A DNA stretch of 64,000 nt from an uncultured bacterium (lineage in GTDB: Bacteria > Cyanobacteriota > Cyanobacteriia > Thermostichales > Thermostichaceae). A model generated the notes under the pieces. The model saw only the letters and a program-made list of their open reading frames with translations, was not told the DNA's origin and did no database searches. Position 1 is the stretch's first letter, and every line of letters starts with the position of its first letter. The DNA lies in contig CAZODP010000005.1 in assembly GCA_964578595.1 (NCBI GenBank), forward strand, positions 4,966 through 68,965, written 5' to 3'. The position numbers and the translations under genes were made by a program. Shown here piece after piece: positions 60,513-64,000 of the stretch.

Positions 60513-61781
60513 ATGACCGCTAGCACCGCCATTGCCAACCTTGTCCAGAGCCAATTTGATGAGTTTCCGTATCCGAATGTGCCGATTGAGCAGACCGTTA
60601 CGGATAATGCTGCCCTGTTTGTCAATAACATCACCACCGCCCGCTATGTGCGGGATCGGAAAGTGGTCAAGCCAGAGGGCAAGGTTTTTCTCAATGCTGG
60701 CTGCGGATCCGGGTGGGAAACCCTGGTGGTGGCCACCGCCAATCCGGGTGCGCGCTATGTGGGCACGGATATCTCCCATGAATCGGTCAAAATGGCCCGA
60801 CAGCGGTTTGCCTTTCACAAGATTGACAATGCCCGCTTTGAGGTGATGGACATTGCCGATATGTCTCCACTGGGGGAACAGTTCGATTTTATTGCCTGCA
60901 ATGATGTGCTTTATCTGATCGATGATCAGGTGGCAGGACTCAAAGGGATGCGAGATGTGCTCAAGCCCGATGGCATTATTCGGGTCAATGTTCACAGCCT
61001 CTATCAGCGGCAATTTATCTTCCATATGCAAGAGGCGATGGAACTACTCGGGGTGATGGATGAACCGGCAGCTAAGGCGATCCCGATTTTGCGGGAGGTG
61101 ATGGAGGCCCTCAATGATGGCAGTTTTGTCAAAAGCCACTGGAACGGCGATCAGATCAAAACCACCACTGGGATCCTGGCCAACTTTTTGCTACGCAGTG
61201 ACAAAGGGTTTACGGTGCCACAGGTTTTTGAGATGCTGCGCCATGCGGATCTGGACTTTATTGATATGGTCAATTGGCAGAACTGGAAATTAGAGCGGGT
61301 ACTCAACAAACCCGTGCCCTATTCTCTCCGACATATCAACAAACTCAATCAAGAACAACGCTTGCATTTTATCGAGTTGGTTTTTCCGAATATGACCCGC
61401 TTGATTGACTTTTGGTGTGGGCACAAAGGTCTTCCCAAGCCGGAGCCGTTCAGTAATGATGAGTGGTGGAATGGCACGGTTCAGGCCCATCCGCTTTTGA
61501 TCAGCCTCAATGCCAAAGCGGCTTTTGACAATGCGATTCGTGACAATGGCCCGGTCAATCTGAATGGTTGGCCCGGTGCTGAGGGCAATATCACCATCGA
61601 CTCTTTTTCAACCCGCTGGTTGATCTCGGCGTTCGAGCAACCGGTGCCGGTGCAGGCCCTGGTGGCTAAGGCGATGGAGCTGATGGATTGGACTCAAGAG
61701 GAGGCCTTCTCGCAGGTGTTGGCCAATCTCAAGTTCCTAGAGGATCGCTTGGTGCTGCTGCTGGATTCTGCCACCCGCTAA
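60513..61781 (+). CDS. class I SAM-dependent methyltransferase with a C-terminal domain of about 230 aa and unknown function
   Basis: Motif I VFLNAGCGSGWETL, post-I VGTDIS, motif II/III FDFIACNDVLYL ... LKPDGIIRVN. The remainder is unassigned. Confidence 0.7.
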   Translation: MTASTAIANLVQSQFDEFPYPNVPIEQTVTDNAALFVNNITTARYVRDRKVVKPEGKVFLNAGCGSGWETLVVATANPGARYVGTDISHESVKMARQRFAFHKIDNARFEVMDIADMSPLGEQFDFIACNDVLYLIDDQVAGLKGMRDVLKPDGIIRVNVHSLYQRQFIFHMQEAMELLGVMDEPAAKAIPILREVMEALNDGSFVKSHWNGDQIKTTTGILANFLLRSDKGFTVPQVFEMLRHADLDFIDMVNWQNWKLERVLNKPVPYSLRHINKLNQEQRLHFIELVFPNMTRLIDFWCGHKGLPKPEPFSNDEWWNGTVQAHPLLISLNAKAAFDNAIRDNGPVNLNGWPGAEGNITIDSFSTRWLISAFEQPVPVQALVAKAMELMDWTQEEAFSQVLANLKFLEDRLVLLLDSATR

Positions 61782-63069
61782 TTTTGCCCTGCGGATCCCC
61801 CAGTTGATCTTGAACCTCGTCTTTGAGCCGACACAGGATGGACTGGGGGGCCAGTTGATTGAGTAGAGTTTTGATGGCGGCACGGGGACTACCTCGGCCC
61901 CAACGGGATCCCTTTTGCAGAGCCTGCTGTGCGCTTTGGCTGATCTGATGGGTCCACCAGCCGGATGCAACCGCTTGGATCAGCCCGGATCCAACCCAGG
62001 CGGGGGATCCCAGAACCAGATCGGGCCAGCCCAGTCCGGATCCCAGATTGATAGCCGCCAGGATCCCTAAGCCCAAGCCTAAGGGTTTCAACAGGGCGCG
62101 ATAGGCCTCCAGCGTGGCTGCAGTGGATCCGTGTTGGTCACGGCTGAGCTGGGCCACTAGCCCTAGGTTGACGGCTGCCATGATGCCCAGATCCCACCCT
62201 CCGATCGGGCAGATCCCCACCGCCAAAGACTGGATCCCCAAGGCTCGCCACTGATGCCGCTGGATTCGGTTTTTTACGGTGGCTTGATGCCGAGACAGGA
62301 GCTGATCCTGCAAAGATCCGGCTCTGACTAGGGCATTGAGGGCACTGAGGGATCCGCCTTCTTGGCTGAGCACCTGCTGGAGTTTAGATCGCAGCGGTTC
62401 AATCTGGGGGTGGGGGTGCTCCCACTCATGGGTGATAGCACCATTGGGCCAATGGATCCGCACCTGGTTGGGTTTGGGATCTGCTGCCACCATCAAAATC
62501 TCGTCTGGTGAGACCAATTGCCGTAACTGCGGGCTGGTGATCTGAGCATAGATGGCTGCGCGGTCATGATCGGGATAGAGATCTATTTTGTTGAACACCA
62601 ACAGGATGGGTTTTTGCAGGGTGCGCAATTCTAACAGAGCCTGATATTCAATTTGGGTCAGATCGCCCGCGATCACAAACAGGATCAGATCCGCTTGCTG
62701 GGCTGCACTCCAGGCCAGTTGTGCCCGCACCTCTCCCTCGACTTCGTTGAGTCCGGGGGTATCCAGTAGCTCAACCACCTGCTCAGGATTGGCACCCCAC
62801 TGGATCCGATGGGTGGAGTGGGTCACCCCATTGATCGGCCCCACCTCAAACACAGGCTGCCCCAGCAGGGCATTGATCACCGCAGATTTGCCCCGATTCA
62901 CCAGCCCAAAGGCCGCCAAGGTCAGACAGTGGCCGGACTCAAGTAAGGATTGCAGTTGATCCAGCTCCGATTGAAACGTCTGGCGCTCACTTGCCGGCAA
63001 CTTTGACCAGTGGCGGTACAACCTAGCAATGGTCTGCTCAGCCAGTTCGCGGGGGAGGAGGGGGGGCAT
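61729..63069 (-). CDS. GTPase with C-terminal DUF697-like membrane-associated domain (paralogue of 14458-15936)
   Basis: P-loop FGLVNRGKSAVINALLG, DTPGLNE, FNKID, then a Gly/Ala/Leu-rich hydrophobic C-terminus. I chose the ATG at 63069 to avoid overlap with pth. The 3' end overlaps the convergent methyltransferase gene by 53 nt. Confidence 0.75.
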   Translation of the reverse strand: MPPLLPRELAEQTIARLYRHWSKLPASERQTFQSELDQLQSLLESGHCLTLAAFGLVNRGKSAVINALLGQPVFEVGPINGVTHSTHRIQWGANPEQVVELLDTPGLNEVEGEVRAQLAWSAAQQADLILFVIAGDLTQIEYQALLELRTLQKPILLVFNKIDLYPDHDRAAIYAQITSPQLRQLVSPDEILMVAADPKPNQVRIHWPNGAITHEWEHPHPQIEPLRSKLQQVLSQEGGSLSALNALVRAGSLQDQLLSRHQATVKNRIQRHQWRALGIQSLAVGICPIGGWDLGIMAAVNLGLVAQLSRDQHGSTAATLEAYRALLKPLGLGLGILAAINLGSGLGWPDLVLGSPAWVGSGLIQAVASGWWTHQISQSAQQALQKGSRWGRGSPRAAIKTLLNQLAPQSILCRLKDEVQDQLGDPQGKISGWQNPAAAPSDPLGT

Positions 63070-63076
63070 GGAGATC

Positions 63077-63730
63077 CTAGGTCGCGGGGGCAGAAACAGA
63101 TGGAGCTGGCTCACAGATTTTTAGGGGGTTGTAGTGATTCATGGCCCGGGCCAGATCCTGCTTAAGGATGGTCTCTATGCAATCAGCAGCCGTTTTTAGC
63201 ACCTGTTGGATGCAGGGTTGCTCTGCCGGCGAAAACCCCCCCAACACATGACCCACCACCGCCTCGGATCCAGACTTGGGCTTGCCGACTCCGACCCTTA
63301 ACCGGGGAAACTGCTGGGATCCCAAATACTCAATGATGGAGCGCATACCATTATGGCCACCGGCGGATCCCTCCTGCCGCAACCGGATCCGGCCCAGCGG
63401 TAGATCCATATCATCGTAGATCACCAGCACCCGCTCCGGATCCAGCTTGAACCAGTCCACTGTTGCTCGCACCGCTTGGCCCGATCGGTTCATATACGTC
63501 TGGGGCAAGAGCAACCGCTGCTTACCCATCGGCGTTGGCCCCTCTCCATAATGAGCCTGAAACCGCCGCTCCTCCCGCAACGGGATCCCCCATCGCCGCG
63601 CCAAAACCTCCACCACATCAAACCCACAGTTGTGACGGGTGCTCTGATACTGCTGGCCAGGATTGCCCAGCCCTACGATCAAATAGGACACATAGGATCC
63701 AGTCATGTACAGCAATCCAGATTGAGTCAT
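63077..63730 (-). CDS. pth: peptidyl-tRNA hydrolase
   Basis: LIVGLGNPGQQYQSTRHNCGF, PQTYMNRSGQAV, GGHNGMRSI, RLRVGVGKP. An alternative start is the Met at 63706. Confidence 0.9.
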   Translation of the reverse strand: MTQSGLLYMTGSYVSYLIVGLGNPGQQYQSTRHNCGFDVVEVLARRWGIPLREERRFQAHYGEGPTPMGKQRLLLPQTYMNRSGQAVRATVDWFKLDPERVLVIYDDMDLPLGRIRLRQEGSAGGHNGMRSIIEYLGSQQFPRLRVGVGKPKSGSEAVVGHVLGGFSPAEQPCIQQVLKTAADCIETILKQDLARAMNHYNPLKICEPAPSVSAPAT

Positions 63731-64000
63731 GAGTACTTCCAGTATTCGTGCAGCTTCAAGAAATCAAAGCACTGATGACTCAAGAACCACTCAAATCGGT
63801 TTCTCACACCCCAAAAGGTCTTAAGGGCATGACTGAACCACCTCAGCAGCCGTTTTCCCTATAACCAGATATCTTCAACTGGATTCTGCTCTGGGGCATA
63901 GGGCGCAAATGGAATGCATGTCACAGCTCACTCTGCTTCCATCAGTCCTTGATTCACCTTCTCCAGATAAGCCTTCATCTCTCTGGAACGATGATAGCCT
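63731..64000 (-). mobile_element. IS630/Tc1-mariner-type DDE transposase remnant (C-terminal part, frameshifted, with an in-frame stop; continues past the window end)
   Basis: Minus-strand translation gives GYHRSREMKAYLEKVNQGLMEAE*. In another frame it gives AVTCIPFAPYAPEQNPVEDIWL*GKRLLRWF... The H(R/K)S...YLE and (L)P.Y(S/A)PE(L/Q)NP(V/I)E..W blocks are the IS630 DDE C-terminal signature. No GGATCC occurs in these 270 nt. Confidence 0.55.

Overview
The window reads as a cyanobacterial chromosomal segment. It is GC-rich and carries psb30, nirA-nrtABCD, a class 1 FBPase, a group-2-type sigma factor and pentapeptide-repeat proteins. It is almost entirely core or housekeeping DNA. Main blocks, in order:
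- 1-18.4 kb: mixed housekeeping genes, including a rhodanese, a PQQ sugar dehydrogenase, a cytochrome c-ArsR pair, a CCA-family nucleotidyltransferase, speA, a DUF697-type GTPase plus coiled-coil protein operon, a DHNA-CoA thioesterase, a PerM-type permease and YlxR.
- 18.9-30.9 kb: the large r-protein cluster rplC through rplO-secY-adk. It ends abruptly after adk.
- 31-46 kb: rsmG, fbp, a MATE pump, a DEAD-box helicase, lysS, an XRE regulator, a sigma factor and a 923-aa DHH-CBS-nucleotidyltransferase fusion.
- 46.2-54.7 kb (minus strand): the nitrate assimilation operon nirA-nrtA-nrtA'-nrtB-nrtC-nrtD, with a textbook NtcA-type promoter.
- 54.8-64 kb: an Hsp70-like gene preceded by an HTH-GrpE-like fusion gene, then ilvH, an unlisted 35-codon psb30, aroC, a methyltransferase, a second DUF697-type GTPase, pth and a decayed IS630-type transposase fragment at the window edge.

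I found no rRNA, tRNA, CRISPR array or recognisable defence island.

The most unusual sequence-level signals:
1. Saturation of the window with the palindrome GGATCC, often extended to GGGATCCC.
2. A recurrent habit of exact 12-16 bp tandem duplications, many in frame inside essential genes.
3. A duplicated nitrate-type binding-protein gene.
4. The HTH-GrpE-like / Hsp70-like pair.

No clearly novel multi-gene system can be demonstrated from sequence alone. The candidates are listed under findings with explicit tests.
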